A stretch of DNA of 64,000 nt from Candidatus Eiseniibacteriota bacterium (GTDB lineage: Bacteria; Eisenbacteria; RBG-16-71-46; JABDJR01): assembly GCA_963783375.1 (NCBI GenBank), contig CAWANH010000029.1:832001-896000 (forward strand), given 5' to 3'. Positions 18,234-27,807 of this stretch are shown piece after piece. The notes below the pieces were generated by a model. The model searched no databases and was not told the origin of the DNA. It saw only the letters and a list, made by a program, of their open reading frames with translations. The first letter of the stretch is position 1. Each line of letters opens with the position of its first letter. The position numbers were made by a program, and so were the translations under genes.

Positions 18234-19220
18234 TCAGGTGAGATGCACCTCGCTCGAGTCTCCCACGTTCAGCCGTTTGAACGCGCCCTCGACCACCGCC
18301 TCTTCCCCGATCAGCGAGGCGTCGAGAAGCATGTGCCGGACATGCGCCCCCTCGTTCACGATGGAGTTCCTGAGGACCGACCCCTCCACCACCGCCCGGG
18401 CGGCCACGGTGGCGTACGGCCCGATGATGCTGTTCTTGACCGTCGCCTCGGGGTCCACCGCCACCGGGGGGATGATCACCGAGCCCTCGATCACCGGGGC
18501 CACCGCCCCCATGTCCAGGAGATCCCGGTTGGTGGCCAGGAGGGTTTCCGCCTTCCCGCAGTCGTACCAGCCCTCCACCGGGAACACCTCCATGGGCACC
18601 CCGTCCTTGAGCATGATCTGGAGCGCGTCGGTGAGCTGGTACTCTCCCCGGGTGGTGCGGTTCTCGCGGATGAGATCGTCGAGGGCGGCGAACAGCTTCG
18701 GGGTCTCGGTGACGTAGTAGATCCCCACGATGGCCAGGTTGGAGGGCGGGTGCTCCGGCTTCTCCACGAAGCGCTTCACCCGTTCCCCGTCCATCTCGGC
18801 GATGCCGAACCGGCGCGGATCCTCGACCGCCTTCACCCCGATCTGGGTCACCGGCTTCTTCAGGACCCCGCTGAAATCCACCCGGAAGATCGTGTCGCCG
18901 AGGACGATCAGGGCGTCCCGGTCCCCCACCACGTCCCGGGTGAGGTGGATCGCATGGCCGAGGCCCCGGCGCTCGGGTTGCTGCACGTAGTGGACGGTGA
19001 GCCCGGGGTAGTGACGGCCCACGTACTCCCGCACCCGGTCGCCCATGTAGCCCACCACCAGCACGTATTCCTGGACCCCCAGGGCCAGGAGCTCGTCCAG
19101 GATGTGGGCCACCATGGCCTTTCCGGCCACGTTGATCAGGGCCTTGGGAACGGTATGGGTGTGCGGGCGGAGGCGGCTTCCCACCCCCGCCACCGGAATC
19201 ACGGCCACGGGCAGCTTCAT
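18234..19220 (-). CDS. Sugar-1-phosphate nucleotidyltransferase with C-terminal left-handed beta-helix
   Basis: AGVGSRLRPHT..PK, EKP, GEYQLTDAL, WYDCG, hexapeptide repeats. Confidence 0.9.
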   Translation of the reverse strand: MKLPVAVIPVAGVGSRLRPHTHTVPKALINVAGKAMVAHILDELLALGVQEYVLVVGYMGDRVREYVGRHYPGLTVHYVQQPERRGLGHAIHLTRDVVGDRDALIVLGDTIFRVDFSGVLKKPVTQIGVKAVEDPRRFGIAEMDGERVKRFVEKPEHPPSNLAIVGIYYVTETPKLFAALDDLIRENRTTRGEYQLTDALQIMLKDGVPMEVFPVEGWYDCGKAETLLATNRDLLDMGAVAPVIEGSVIIPPVAVDPEATVKNSIIGPYATVAARAVVEGSVLRNSIVNEGAHVRHMLLDASLIGEEAVVEGAFKRLNVGDSSEVHLT

Positions 19221-19224
19221 GGTT

Positions 19225-20226
19225 CTACAAGTCCTTCGCGTTGGGTTCGATCTCCGCGGAGAGGAGCCGCTTCAGATCGTTCATGAGGGAGAGGCTGGAG
19301 GCGTCCGCCCCCAGGACGTCGGCCAGGGCCACGCTCACCCAGTCCCCGGCGTAGGCGAGCCCGAGGGCCTCGATCCACGGGTCGGGGTGCGGTTCGTGGG
19401 CCGCGCTCACCCGGGCGCCGTGCCCGGCCAGCACCTGGAGAGTAGCATCCCACCGCCTCAGGGCGGCGGCTGCCCGGGGACGGCCGAGGGCCACCGGAAC
19501 CAGGGGAACCGGAGGACGGGCCTCGGCGGCCAAAGTCATCACCGCATTGTGCGCGGCTTCGGGAAGCCCCCACACCACCGACGGGGCCTTGGCGTTCTCG
19601 GCCAGGTCGGCGGCCCAGCGCCGGGCGGCGGCCAGGCCCGGCGGCTCCGCGGCCAGGAGCACCGGGAGCCCCTCCCGAAAGAGCGCGGCCAGCCCGCGGG
19701 CCGGCCCCCCTTCCGCGGCGCCCCACCGATCCCGAATCCCGGCCAGGTGGCGCGAGGCCTCGGACCAGTCGGGCGCGGTCCGTGGGGCGGCCAGGGCCGC
19801 GGCCCCCCGGATCAGGTGGCCGAGGGCGCCCCGGGGCGAAAAGCCCTCGGGGATGACCGCGAAACCCGCCCCCTCGGCCCGGGCCCGCTCCAGAAGCGGC
19901 CCGCCCGAGGCCACCGCGGCCCGGGACAGACCGGCCTTCGCCGCCCCGTCCCACAGGGCCAGGGTTTCCCGGGTGCGGCCGGAATAGGAGAGGCAGAGCA
20001 GGGCGTCGGCGTCGGCGGCCCATGCGGGGAGGGCATCCTCGCGGAGAACCGCGGTCTCCCGGCCGGGATCCTGCAGCAGGGCCGCGAACTCTCCGGCCAG
20101 AGCCGAGCCTCCAAGACCGGCCACCAACAGCCGCCCCCCCCCGGGGAGCGGTGCGCCGCGGGTCTCCGGTCCAAGCCCGATCTGCTCGGGGATGCTCGCG
20201 ACCTCGTCCCGAAAGCTGCGGCTCAT
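19225..20226 (-). CDS. Bifunctional phosphoglucose/phosphomannose isomerase (SIS)
   Basis: GLGGSA, SYSGRTRET, ENAK, PEAAHN; ATGA overlap with ptsI. Confidence 0.85.
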   Translation of the reverse strand: MSRSFRDEVASIPEQIGLGPETRGAPLPGGGRLLVAGLGGSALAGEFAALLQDPGRETAVLREDALPAWAADADALLCLSYSGRTRETLALWDGAAKAGLSRAAVASGGPLLERARAEGAGFAVIPEGFSPRGALGHLIRGAAALAAPRTAPDWSEASRHLAGIRDRWGAAEGGPARGLAALFREGLPVLLAAEPPGLAAARRWAADLAENAKAPSVVWGLPEAAHNAVMTLAAEARPPVPLVPVALGRPRAAAALRRWDATLQVLAGHGARVSAAHEPHPDPWIEALGLAYAGDWVSVALADVLGADASSLSLMNDLKRLLSAEIEPNAKDL

Positions 20227-22091
20227 GGCGTTTGCTTTCCCCGCTTGGCCGGCGGCCGGCGGGAGCGGGCGGGGGCCTTCCGCGCCCCGCCTCCGCGTCC
20301 GTTGGTTTCGCGGGTGAGGGTGAGCAGGTCGGAGAAGCGCGAACCGAGCCGTTCGTCGATGAGCGCGTTCACTTCCGCCGCCTCCCGGCAGGCGAGCGCG
20401 TCCTCGGCCAGCCGGCGGCACTCGGCGTAGTTGAGGGACCGGACGGTCTGCTTGACCTCGGGAACCAGGTACGGACTCACGCTCAGGCGGTCGAACCCCA
20501 GGCCGATGAGGAGCGGAACCGAGAGCATGTCCCCGGCCATCTCCCCGCAGATGGACACCCATTTTCCGTGGCGATGCGTGGCCTCCACCGTGTCCCGGAG
20601 CGCCCGGAGAACGGCGGGGTGATTGGGCTGATAGAGATGGACCAGCGCCTCGTTGTCCCGATCGATGGCCAGCAGATACTGGATCAGGTCGTTGGAGCCC
20701 ACCGAGAGGAAGTCGGCCTCGGCGGCCAGTTCGTCGGCCATCATCACCGCCGACGGGACCTCGACCATCACCCCCAACTCGGGATCGGAGTCGAAGGGGA
20801 CGTTTCGCCGGCGGAGGGAGGCCATGGCCGACCGGGTCAGGTCGCGGGCGTAGTGAAATTCCTGGAGCGAGCTGACCATGGGAAAGAGGATACGGGCCCG
20901 CCGACCCGCCGCGGCGCGGAGGATGGCCCGGAGCTGGATCCGGAAGAGAACCGGGTGGGCGACCAGATAGCGGATCCCCCGCATGCCGAGGAAGGGGTTC
21001 CGTTCCCGGATGACCCCCATGTAGGAGGCGATCTTGTCCCCCCCCACGTCGAGGGCCCGGATCACCACCGTCTCCGGCTCCACCGCCTCCATCACCTCCC
21101 GGTACACGCGGACCTGCTCGTCCTCGCTGGGAGCGCGCCGCTGCCACATGAAGAAGAACTCGGTGCGGAAGAGGCCGATCCCCTCGGCCCCGCGTTTACG
21201 GATGTAGGGAAGCTCCGCCGGCATCTCCATGTTGGCCGAAAGGGTGATGCGGTGGCCGTCCACGGTTTCGGCGGGAAGTCCGGCCAGGGACTCGTGCTGT
21301 TCCTGCAGGTTCTCGAAGGCACGCTTTCGATCGCTGAACCGGGCCAGGGCCGCCGGAGTGGGGTTCAGCTCCACCAGGCCCCCGAAGCCGTCCAGGGCCA
21401 CGGTGTCCCCGTCCCGCACCGCCTCGCTGATACCCTTCACTCCCACCACGGCGGGGATCCCGCGGGCCCGGGCCATGATGGCGGCATGGCCGGTGGTGCC
21501 TCCGGCGTCGGTCACGAACCCCAGCACCTTCTCGGGATCCAGGAGCACCGCCTCGGAGGGGGCGATCTCCCGGCCCACCAGCACGCCCCGCCGTTCGGGA
21601 ACGGCGATCCCGCCCTCGTCCCCGGAGAGATGGCGGAGCACCCGGCGCTTCACGTCGAGGAGATCCACCGCCCGCTCGCTGAAGTACGAGTCGGATAGCT
21701 TCTGCAGGCCCTCGGTCATCTCCATGACGTGGCGGCGGAAGAGATACTCCGCGTTCTTCCGCTCGGACCGGATGGCGGCGATGGTACGGTCCACGGCCAG
21801 GGGATCCTTGAGCACCATGAGCTGGACGTCGAAGATCTTCGCCTGATCCTCCCCGAGATCGAGGAGGGTGGCCTCGCGAAGATCGGTCAGCTCGGCCTGG
21901 GCCCGATCCAGGGCCGCGGAGAACCGGTCCACTTCCGCCTGGACCTCTCCGGCGGCCAGGCTCCGCTCCTCCACCGCCCGCTCCGGGTCTTCCAGACGCA
22001 GGGCGGGACCCACGGCGACGCCGGGCGCGGCGGCCATGCCGCGAAAGCTACGGGGCGGACGCTTGGGTTTCCGGTCAGGCTTCTTCGCCAA
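20223..22091 (-). CDS. ptsI: PTS enzyme I
   Basis: GHAAIMAR phospho-His, GIGLFRTEF, NPFLGMRG, GSNDLIQY, CGEM. Confidence 0.96.
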   Translation of the reverse strand: MAKKPDRKPKRPPRSFRGMAAAPGVAVGPALRLEDPERAVEERSLAAGEVQAEVDRFSAALDRAQAELTDLREATLLDLGEDQAKIFDVQLMVLKDPLAVDRTIAAIRSERKNAEYLFRRHVMEMTEGLQKLSDSYFSERAVDLLDVKRRVLRHLSGDEGGIAVPERRGVLVGREIAPSEAVLLDPEKVLGFVTDAGGTTGHAAIMARARGIPAVVGVKGISEAVRDGDTVALDGFGGLVELNPTPAALARFSDRKRAFENLQEQHESLAGLPAETVDGHRITLSANMEMPAELPYIRKRGAEGIGLFRTEFFFMWQRRAPSEDEQVRVYREVMEAVEPETVVIRALDVGGDKIASYMGVIRERNPFLGMRGIRYLVAHPVLFRIQLRAILRAAAGRRARILFPMVSSLQEFHYARDLTRSAMASLRRRNVPFDSDPELGVMVEVPSAVMMADELAAEADFLSVGSNDLIQYLLAIDRDNEALVHLYQPNHPAVLRALRDTVEATHRHGKWVSICGEMAGDMLSVPLLIGLGFDRLSVSPYLVPEVKQTVRSLNYAECRRLAEDALACREAAEVNALIDERLGSRFSDLLTLTRETNGRGGGARKAPARSRRPPAKRGKQTP

Positions 22092-22353
22092 ACTTGTTCT
22101 CCACCAGGGCCTCGAGGGCGTCCAACGCGGTCCCCGCGTCCTCCCCCACCGCTCGGACTCGGATCGTGCTTCCGCAATAGGCGGCCAGCATCAGCACGCC
22201 CATGATGCTCTTGCCGTTCACCTCGGTGCCCTCCCGGGCCACGAAGATCGCGGACTTGAACTTTGCGGCCAGCCGGGTGAACTCGGCGGCGGCCCGCGCG
22301 TGCATTCCCTTCTCGTTGACGATGACGAAATCTCTGGGGGAGGTGTCGCTCAC
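22075..22353 (-). CDS. ptsH: Phosphocarrier protein HPr
   Basis: GMHARAA (His15), NGKSIM (Ser46). Confidence 0.95.
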   Translation of the reverse strand: MSDTSPRDFVIVNEKGMHARAAAEFTRLAAKFKSAIFVAREGTEVNGKSIMGVLMLAAYCGSTIRVRAVGEDAGTALDALEALVENKFGEEA

Positions 22354-23117
22354 GGTGTCTGGTTCCTCAGGATGAATGCCGCGGTCAAGCCGATGATCAT
22401 AGCGCCGACGGCGAGAAGGGTGCCACGCGTGAACCCCCGCCGTCCCAGGAACCAGCCCGAGGCCATGGTCGCTCCCCCGAGGAGGGCGGGGCCCGCGCTC
22501 CCCCCCAGAGGCCCCAGAAGCACCGCCCCCAGGAGCCCGGCCCCCGCCAGCACCACCGTGGGGACCGCGGCCACCGCGGTCCGGAACCGGGGAGAGACCA
22601 GGAGCCGGTGGACATCCTCCCCCCGGCGGTAGCCCCAGAACACGCCGCCCAGCCGAAGCCCCAGGTGGGCGGCGTTATAGAGGATGAGGAACGCCACCGC
22701 TCCCCACCCTCCGGCCAGGAGCGCGATCGCGCTCCCCAGATGTCCGGCCGCGGGCCGGGTCCCGCTCCACAGGACGGCGTCTCCCGCCGCGGCAAAGGGC
22801 CCCTCCAGGGCCCGCTTGAGCCGGGGCACCCGGGCCAGGGCCTTCGCGTCCCCTGACGCCGCGCGCTCCTCCAGACGGACCACCGCCCCCAGAATCGGAC
22901 CGGCCATGGCCGGGTTGGTATTGAAGTTCTCCAGGTGGCGCCGGTAGAAGGCCCTTCGCTCCTCTTCCCCCGACCAGAACCGGGCCGCCGGCGACAGGGC
23001 CGCCGCCACCCCCAGCCCCTGGCGGCGCTGGACGTTGAACGAGGCCTGGAGGCACAGGACCCCGGCGGCCACCCGGGCCAGGAGGCCCCGGGGCGCGGCG
23101 ACCGGCTCGGCGCTCAT
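22350..23117 (-). CDS. PTS mannose/fructose/sorbose family EIID
   Basis: LQASFN..QG, RHLENFNTNP, GPFAAAGD, LYN..H; ATGA overlap with EIIC. Confidence 0.88.
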   Translation of the reverse strand: MSAEPVAAPRGLLARVAAGVLCLQASFNVQRRQGLGVAAALSPAARFWSGEEERRAFYRRHLENFNTNPAMAGPILGAVVRLEERAASGDAKALARVPRLKRALEGPFAAAGDAVLWSGTRPAAGHLGSAIALLAGGWGAVAFLILYNAAHLGLRLGGVFWGYRRGEDVHRLLVSPRFRTAVAAVPTVVLAGAGLLGAVLLGPLGGSAGPALLGGATMASGWFLGRRGFTRGTLLAVGAMIIGLTAAFILRNQTP

Positions 23118-23824
23118 GCGAAGAACCATCCTGCCGCGGCCAGAGCCATCGAGGCCGCGAGCCAGGTCCAACCCTTTCCCCTCCGGCCCACCCGGCTGGC
23201 CGAGTACCCCAGCCCGGCGGCCAGGACCGGGATCGCCACCCAGCGCCCGTCGGCGGCGGGGAGGAGTTCGGCCAACCGAAGCCCTCCCCAACCCACCGCA
23301 AGCCCGAGCGCGGTGATCGCCGCGCCGAGGAGCGCGCTCTCCGCCACCCCCCGGAGATTGATCCGGATCAGGGCGTTCCCCCGGCCCGCTTCGGCGGCCG
23401 CCAGGGCGCGCCGGACGAGTCCTCCCCGGTGCCGGCGCATGACCATGATCAGGGGCCGCCCGGTCTCCGCCACCAGGAAGGCGGCGCCGAGGCAAGCGGC
23501 CAGGGAGGCGGCCTCGGGGACGGCCAGGGCCCCCAGGCGGGTTGAAGGTCCCAGGCTCCATCCGGCCAGGGCGCCCCCCACCACCGCCGCCGGGCCGACC
23601 AGGGGGAAGGACGCCCCCCCCAGGGCGAAGGCGCGTCCCCACACCGCCTGCAGCACCGCTCCCAGGGCCAAGCCCGCCACCGGCTCCCCCACCACCATCC
23701 CGGCCAGCCATCCGGCCACGAGGGGCTGTGAGACCATGAGCTGGGCCAGCGCGGTGGTGTCCGCAGCCACCCACCCTCCAAGAAGGACGAGGCCCAGGCC
23801 CTCGACAACCCCGGGCGCGCTCAG
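23114..23824 (-). CDS. PTS mannose/fructose/sorbose family EIIC (start uncertain, possibly CTG)
   Basis: D....Q.MVSQPLVAG..AG...G....GL..GA.LQ motif, hydrophobic; no in-frame ATG/GTG/TTG between the GH57 stop and TM1. Confidence 0.8.
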   Translation of the reverse strand: MSAPGVVEGLGLVLLGGWVAADTTALAQLMVSQPLVAGWLAGMVVGEPVAGLALGAVLQAVWGRAFALGGASFPLVGPAAVVGGALAGWSLGPSTRLGALAVPEAASLAACLGAAFLVAETGRPLIMVMRRHRGGLVRRALAAAEAGRGNALIRINLRGVAESALLGAAITALGLAVGWGGLRLAELLPAADGRWVAIPVLAAGLGYSASRVGRRGKGWTWLAASMALAAAGWFFA

Positions 23825-25956
23825 AGCCGTTCCACCTCGAGCCGGAAGCTCACGCTCCAGCGTTCGCGGGGGCCGAGACGAACCCGCCAGTTCGGAAGCA
23901 GGGCGGCGGATTGGAAGATGCGCTCGAACCCGCCCTCGGAGAGGGACACCGTCTCCACCGGGGCCCGCCACAGGGTCGCCGGCTCGGAGAAACCCAGCCG
24001 CGCCTCGAAGCCCCGGTGACGATCGACGAGACCCACGAATTCAGACACCTCGGTAGCTCCCACCGAGCGGAAGGCGGACTCCGCCGGGGGGACCCCGGGG
24101 ATTCGATAGAAGTGATCGGGGGAGTCCCCCGCCATCATGGCCAGGTTCCACTCCACCCCGAACCACAGGTCGGCGGCGGTTTCCCCGGCGTTTTCGAGGA
24201 CGTAGTCCACGTCGAGGAGCGCGCCGCCGGATCCCAGCCGGAGCCGCTTCTCCACCGCCACCCGGTGCGCCTCCCCGTCCTTCCACACCGTGCCGGTGCG
24301 GCGCAGGGAGACCAGGTGGAACCCGTTCTGTTCGGCGGCGGCAACCTCGTAGGGCGAGGAAACGAAGTCCCCCTGCTCCCCGAATTCCCCGGTGTGGAAG
24401 CTCTCCACCGTGCTGTCCGAACGCAGGAAATGGTCCACCAGGGAGCAGCGGCGGTACCGGTCGTAGTGAAGGTGTTGCTCCAGACCCGCCTCCTTGGCCA
24501 GAACCAGGTCGTGGATGCTCTTGGTTCCGTCCCCGGAGACGGCCCCCGGGGCCACCGCCCCCGCCACCCGGTCGTGATAGGCCTCGGGCCGGCGGGTGAG
24601 ACCGTTTCCCAGCGATACCCGGAGCGGCTTGACCCCGATCTCCTGCAGCGCCCCCCCCTCCCCCGGCGCCACCACCAGGGTGAGATCGGGGTTCCGGAGG
24701 AACACCTCACGGTCCCCGTCGCAGTCGTAGTCCACCCGCTCCATCCCGGCCCAGCCCCCTTCGCCGTGCCGGGCCGTGTCCACCAGGGCTTCCGCGGCGA
24801 GGATACGTTCGTAGAGCGCCTCGCGCAGGTGCGGGAGGTACAGGCCCCCGAAAACGCCGTGCCAGTAGGCGCAGTTGCACTGGGAGGCCCAGAGGAGATC
24901 CATGGCCTCTTCGCGGACCTTGCGCTGGCGGCCGTCGAGTTTCCCGGCCTCGGCGCGGACCTGGAGCATGCGCTTGTTGATGTGGTCGCTCTCGGGGTAG
25001 CGGGCGAAGAAGTTCCGCCAGAACCCCCCCCGCACGAAGCGCGCGTTGTCGTGGTTCTCCTCCTCCACCCGATGATGGAACCGGTGGAAGTGCCGCTGCG
25101 CGTCGGGGGGCATGGCCCACTCCATCATCTCCTCGTAGGCGGCGGTGGGGAGGTAGACCTTGCCTTCGGGCGGAACCTCGCTCACCACCTCGCCGGGGAA
25201 GCGGAGCCGGATCCACTCCTGGTTCTCCTCGAGGAGGGTGAAGAACCGGTCCAGCCAACCGTCCTCGTACACCAGCTTGTGGGTGTTGGGCCAGACCCCG
25301 AACTTCTCGCCGTCGTCCCCCAGGAGCGCCGTCCGCCCCGGGTGGTCCTCGGCCAACCCCCGGAGGAAGTCGATGGTCTCCTCCGGCGGGTGGAACGGAA
25401 TGAGATAGCGCAGGTCCTTGGAGATCGGAAAGACGTGGAGGGGAACCCCCTGATCCTCGGTCACGTAGTGGCCCCAGAGCCGGTCGCGCTCCAGCCCGGC
25501 GGCGATGAAATGGGAGTCGTCCACCATGGTGTAGCGCACCCCGGCCCGGGCCAGGGCTCCGACCATCGAGGGCTCCCACACCCGTTCGGTGAGCCATACC
25601 CCGGTGGGGCGCCGGCCGAAGCGGCGGGAGAGCCAATCCGAGAGCTTCCTCACCTGGCCCTCGCGGTCCGCGTCGGGAATCGAGGACAGGATCGGCTCGT
25701 AGTAGCCGCCGCTCAACAGTTCGACCTGGCCCCGCTCCACCAGCGCGCCCAGGCGGTCCAGGTAGTCGGGGCGGTGGGCCACGAACCAGTCGATGAGGCA
25801 GCCCGAATTGTGGAGTCCCACCCGGATCGGGGGATGGCGTTCGAGGACTTCGAGGAAGGGGAGGTAGGCGGTCCGGTAGGCGTCCTCGATCACGAAATCG
25901 AAGTTACCCACCGGTTGGTGATTATGGATCGCGAGCAGGAAGTTGATCGTATTCAA
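23821..25956 (-). CDS. GH57 alpha-amylase/4-alpha-glucanotransferase with C-terminal DUF1925/DUF1926-type domains
   Basis: HNHQP, GYYEPIL, WLTERVW (nucleophile E), GDDGEKFG (acid/base D), QCNCAYWHGVFGGLY, SEGGFE; TTG start with GGAGG RBS. Confidence 0.93.
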   Translation of the reverse strand: MNTINFLLAIHNHQPVGNFDFVIEDAYRTAYLPFLEVLERHPPIRVGLHNSGCLIDWFVAHRPDYLDRLGALVERGQVELLSGGYYEPILSSIPDADREGQVRKLSDWLSRRFGRRPTGVWLTERVWEPSMVGALARAGVRYTMVDDSHFIAAGLERDRLWGHYVTEDQGVPLHVFPISKDLRYLIPFHPPEETIDFLRGLAEDHPGRTALLGDDGEKFGVWPNTHKLVYEDGWLDRFFTLLEENQEWIRLRFPGEVVSEVPPEGKVYLPTAAYEEMMEWAMPPDAQRHFHRFHHRVEEENHDNARFVRGGFWRNFFARYPESDHINKRMLQVRAEAGKLDGRQRKVREEAMDLLWASQCNCAYWHGVFGGLYLPHLREALYERILAAEALVDTARHGEGGWAGMERVDYDCDGDREVFLRNPDLTLVVAPGEGGALQEIGVKPLRVSLGNGLTRRPEAYHDRVAGAVAPGAVSGDGTKSIHDLVLAKEAGLEQHLHYDRYRRCSLVDHFLRSDSTVESFHTGEFGEQGDFVSSPYEVAAAEQNGFHLVSLRRTGTVWKDGEAHRVAVEKRLRLGSGGALLDVDYVLENAGETAADLWFGVEWNLAMMAGDSPDHFYRIPGVPPAESAFRSVGATEVSEFVGLVDRHRGFEARLGFSEPATLWRAPVETVSLSEGGFERIFQSAALLPNWRVRLGPRERWSVSFRLEVERL

Positions 25957-26434
25957 GTCGTCCCTCCGCCAAGGCGGAATTCAGCTCGATCGGCGGGTTC
26001 CCCGGGAGGTCCTGGGCGACCAGCCGCACCCCGGCCGCCGCCAGCTCCGCCAGGGCGGCCAGATCGTCCGGCGTGAAGTAGAGATAGTCGGTGAAACGTC
26101 GCGCCCCCTGCCGGTAGTGAAGCCCCCCGACGTTGATCTCGTCCAGGGCGGCGCCCGCGCGGACCAGGGCCAGCATGAAAGCGGGTGAGCGTACCAGGAG
26201 GAACGCGCGGCCCGGAACCCCTTCCGCGAGCCGGCGGGCGGTTTCCGGGATCCCCAACACCTCCGTCTCCACCCCCGGGGGGGCGGCGGAACGTTGAACG
26301 TCCCGCTCCCAGGCGTCGGCGGCCACCTCGTCGTCGGCCACCAGGATGCGGTCGGGATCCAGGGCGGAGGCCCACCCCACCGAGACCTGGCCGTGGATCA
26401 GGCGCTCGTCGATCCGGGCCAGCACCAGGCTCAC
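25922..26434 (-). CDS. PTS mannose family EIIB
   Basis: RIDERLIHGQV, INVGG; GTGA overlap with EIIA. Confidence 0.92.
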   Translation of the reverse strand: MSLVLARIDERLIHGQVSVGWASALDPDRILVADDEVAADAWERDVQRSAAPPGVETEVLGIPETARRLAEGVPGRAFLLVRSPAFMLALVRAGAALDEINVGGLHYRQGARRFTDYLYFTPDDLAALAELAAAGVRLVAQDLPGNPPIELNSALAEGRLEYDQLPARDP

Positions 26435-26835
26435 GCCGGGTTTCCCCCCCGGTACACCTCCACGCTCTCCTGCCCGCGGCGGGCGAGATGCCGGAGGAAG
26501 TCGGCCATGGACTCGTGTTCCCGGGAGCGGAAAGCGGCCAACAGGAGCGGCAGGTTCAACCCGGCCACGATGCCCACCTCGTCCTGGTCCCGGGTTACCC
26601 GGCGGGCGGCCACGCAGCAGGAGCCGAAGCCGATGTCGGTGAGGATCAGGGCCGGACCGGGGTGGTCGTCCAGCCACCGGTGGATGCGCGCCTCCAGCTC
26701 CGGGTTGGACAACCCCTCATTGGAGAAGGAGTCGATCGGGGGAAGCTGGCCGAGTATGGCCGCCGCCGCTTCGAGGAGCCCCTCGCCGAAGCCTCGATGG
26801 GAGATGAGAAGGACGGGAACCGGTCCCAGGCTCAT
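26431..26835 (-). CDS. PTS mannose family EIIA
   Basis: LLISH phospho-His, LTDIGFGS, GLNLPLL. Confidence 0.88.
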   Translation of the reverse strand: MSLGPVPVLLISHRGFGEGLLEAAAAILGQLPPIDSFSNEGLSNPELEARIHRWLDDHPGPALILTDIGFGSCCVAARRVTRDQDEVGIVAGLNLPLLLAAFRSREHESMADFLRHLARRGQESVEVYRGGNPA

Positions 26836-27800
26836 TCAAGGTCGTCCCGGGCCAGCATCTTGAGCCTCGCGTTCTGCGCCATGATTTCCGAGAGCTTCTT
26901 GTCGAACTCCTGGGCCGCGTCCACCCCGTAGGACTTGACCAGGTAGTTGAGCGCGATGGTCTCCGCGATCACCGTGATGTTCTTCCCGGGGTAGATGGGA
27001 ACCGTCACCAGGGGGATCTGCACCCCGAGGATGGTGGTGAGGTGGTCCTCGAGCCCGGTCCGCTCGTAGTCCATCCCGTCCTCCCAGTCCTGGAGGTGCA
27101 CCTCGACCTCGATCCGCTTCTGGAACCGGATGGCCCGGATCCCGAACACCTTCTGGAGGTCGATGATGCCCACTCCCCGGATCTCCAGATGATGGCCCAG
27201 GACCTTGTTGGCCGAGCCGATGAGCACGTTCTCGTGGCGGCGCTTGACGGTCACCACGTCGTCGGCCACCAGACGGTGGCCCCGTTCCACCAGATCCAGC
27301 GCGCATTCCGATTTCCCGATCCCGCTCCGGCCGGTGAACAGGAGACCCACCCCGTACACGTCCACCAGGGAACCGTGAGTGGTGGTGGTGGGAGCGAAGA
27401 TGTCGTCCAGGTAGGCGGTGAGCTCGTGGATGAACGGGGTGGTGGACATCGGCGTCCCCAGCACGGGGATCCCCCTCTCCTCCGCCCGCCGGAGGAACAT
27501 CGCGGGGACGCTCAGGTCCTTGGTGGTCACGATGAGCGGAACCTGGAACTGGAACAGCCGGTCCATGGCCACCGCGCACTGCTCCTCGGTGAAGGAAGAG
27601 AGGAGCCCGATTTCCGTTTCCCCCACCACCTGGATGCGCTCGGAGAGGAAGTTCTCGATGTAGCCGGCCATGGCCAGACCCGGCCGGTTGATGTCGCTCA
27701 CCGTGATCGGGACGTCGGTATCCGTGCCCGAGGTCAACACTTCGAGCTCGAACGCGTCCTTCCGGTCCTCGTAGAGCCGGGTCACCGTGATCTGGTTCAT
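26832..27800 (-). CDS. hprK: HPr kinase/phosphorylase
   Basis: NRPGL, GRSGIGKSE, LVADD, LEIRGVGII. Confidence 0.96.
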   Translation of the reverse strand: MNQITVTRLYEDRKDAFELEVLTSGTDTDVPITVSDINRPGLAMAGYIENFLSERIQVVGETEIGLLSSFTEEQCAVAMDRLFQFQVPLIVTTKDLSVPAMFLRRAEERGIPVLGTPMSTTPFIHELTAYLDDIFAPTTTTHGSLVDVYGVGLLFTGRSGIGKSECALDLVERGHRLVADDVVTVKRRHENVLIGSANKVLGHHLEIRGVGIIDLQKVFGIRAIRFQKRIEVEVHLQDWEDGMDYERTGLEDHLTTILGVQIPLVTVPIYPGKNITVIAETIALNYLVKSYGVDAAQEFDKKLSEIMAQNARLKMLARDDLE

Positions 27801-27807
27801 GAAACTC

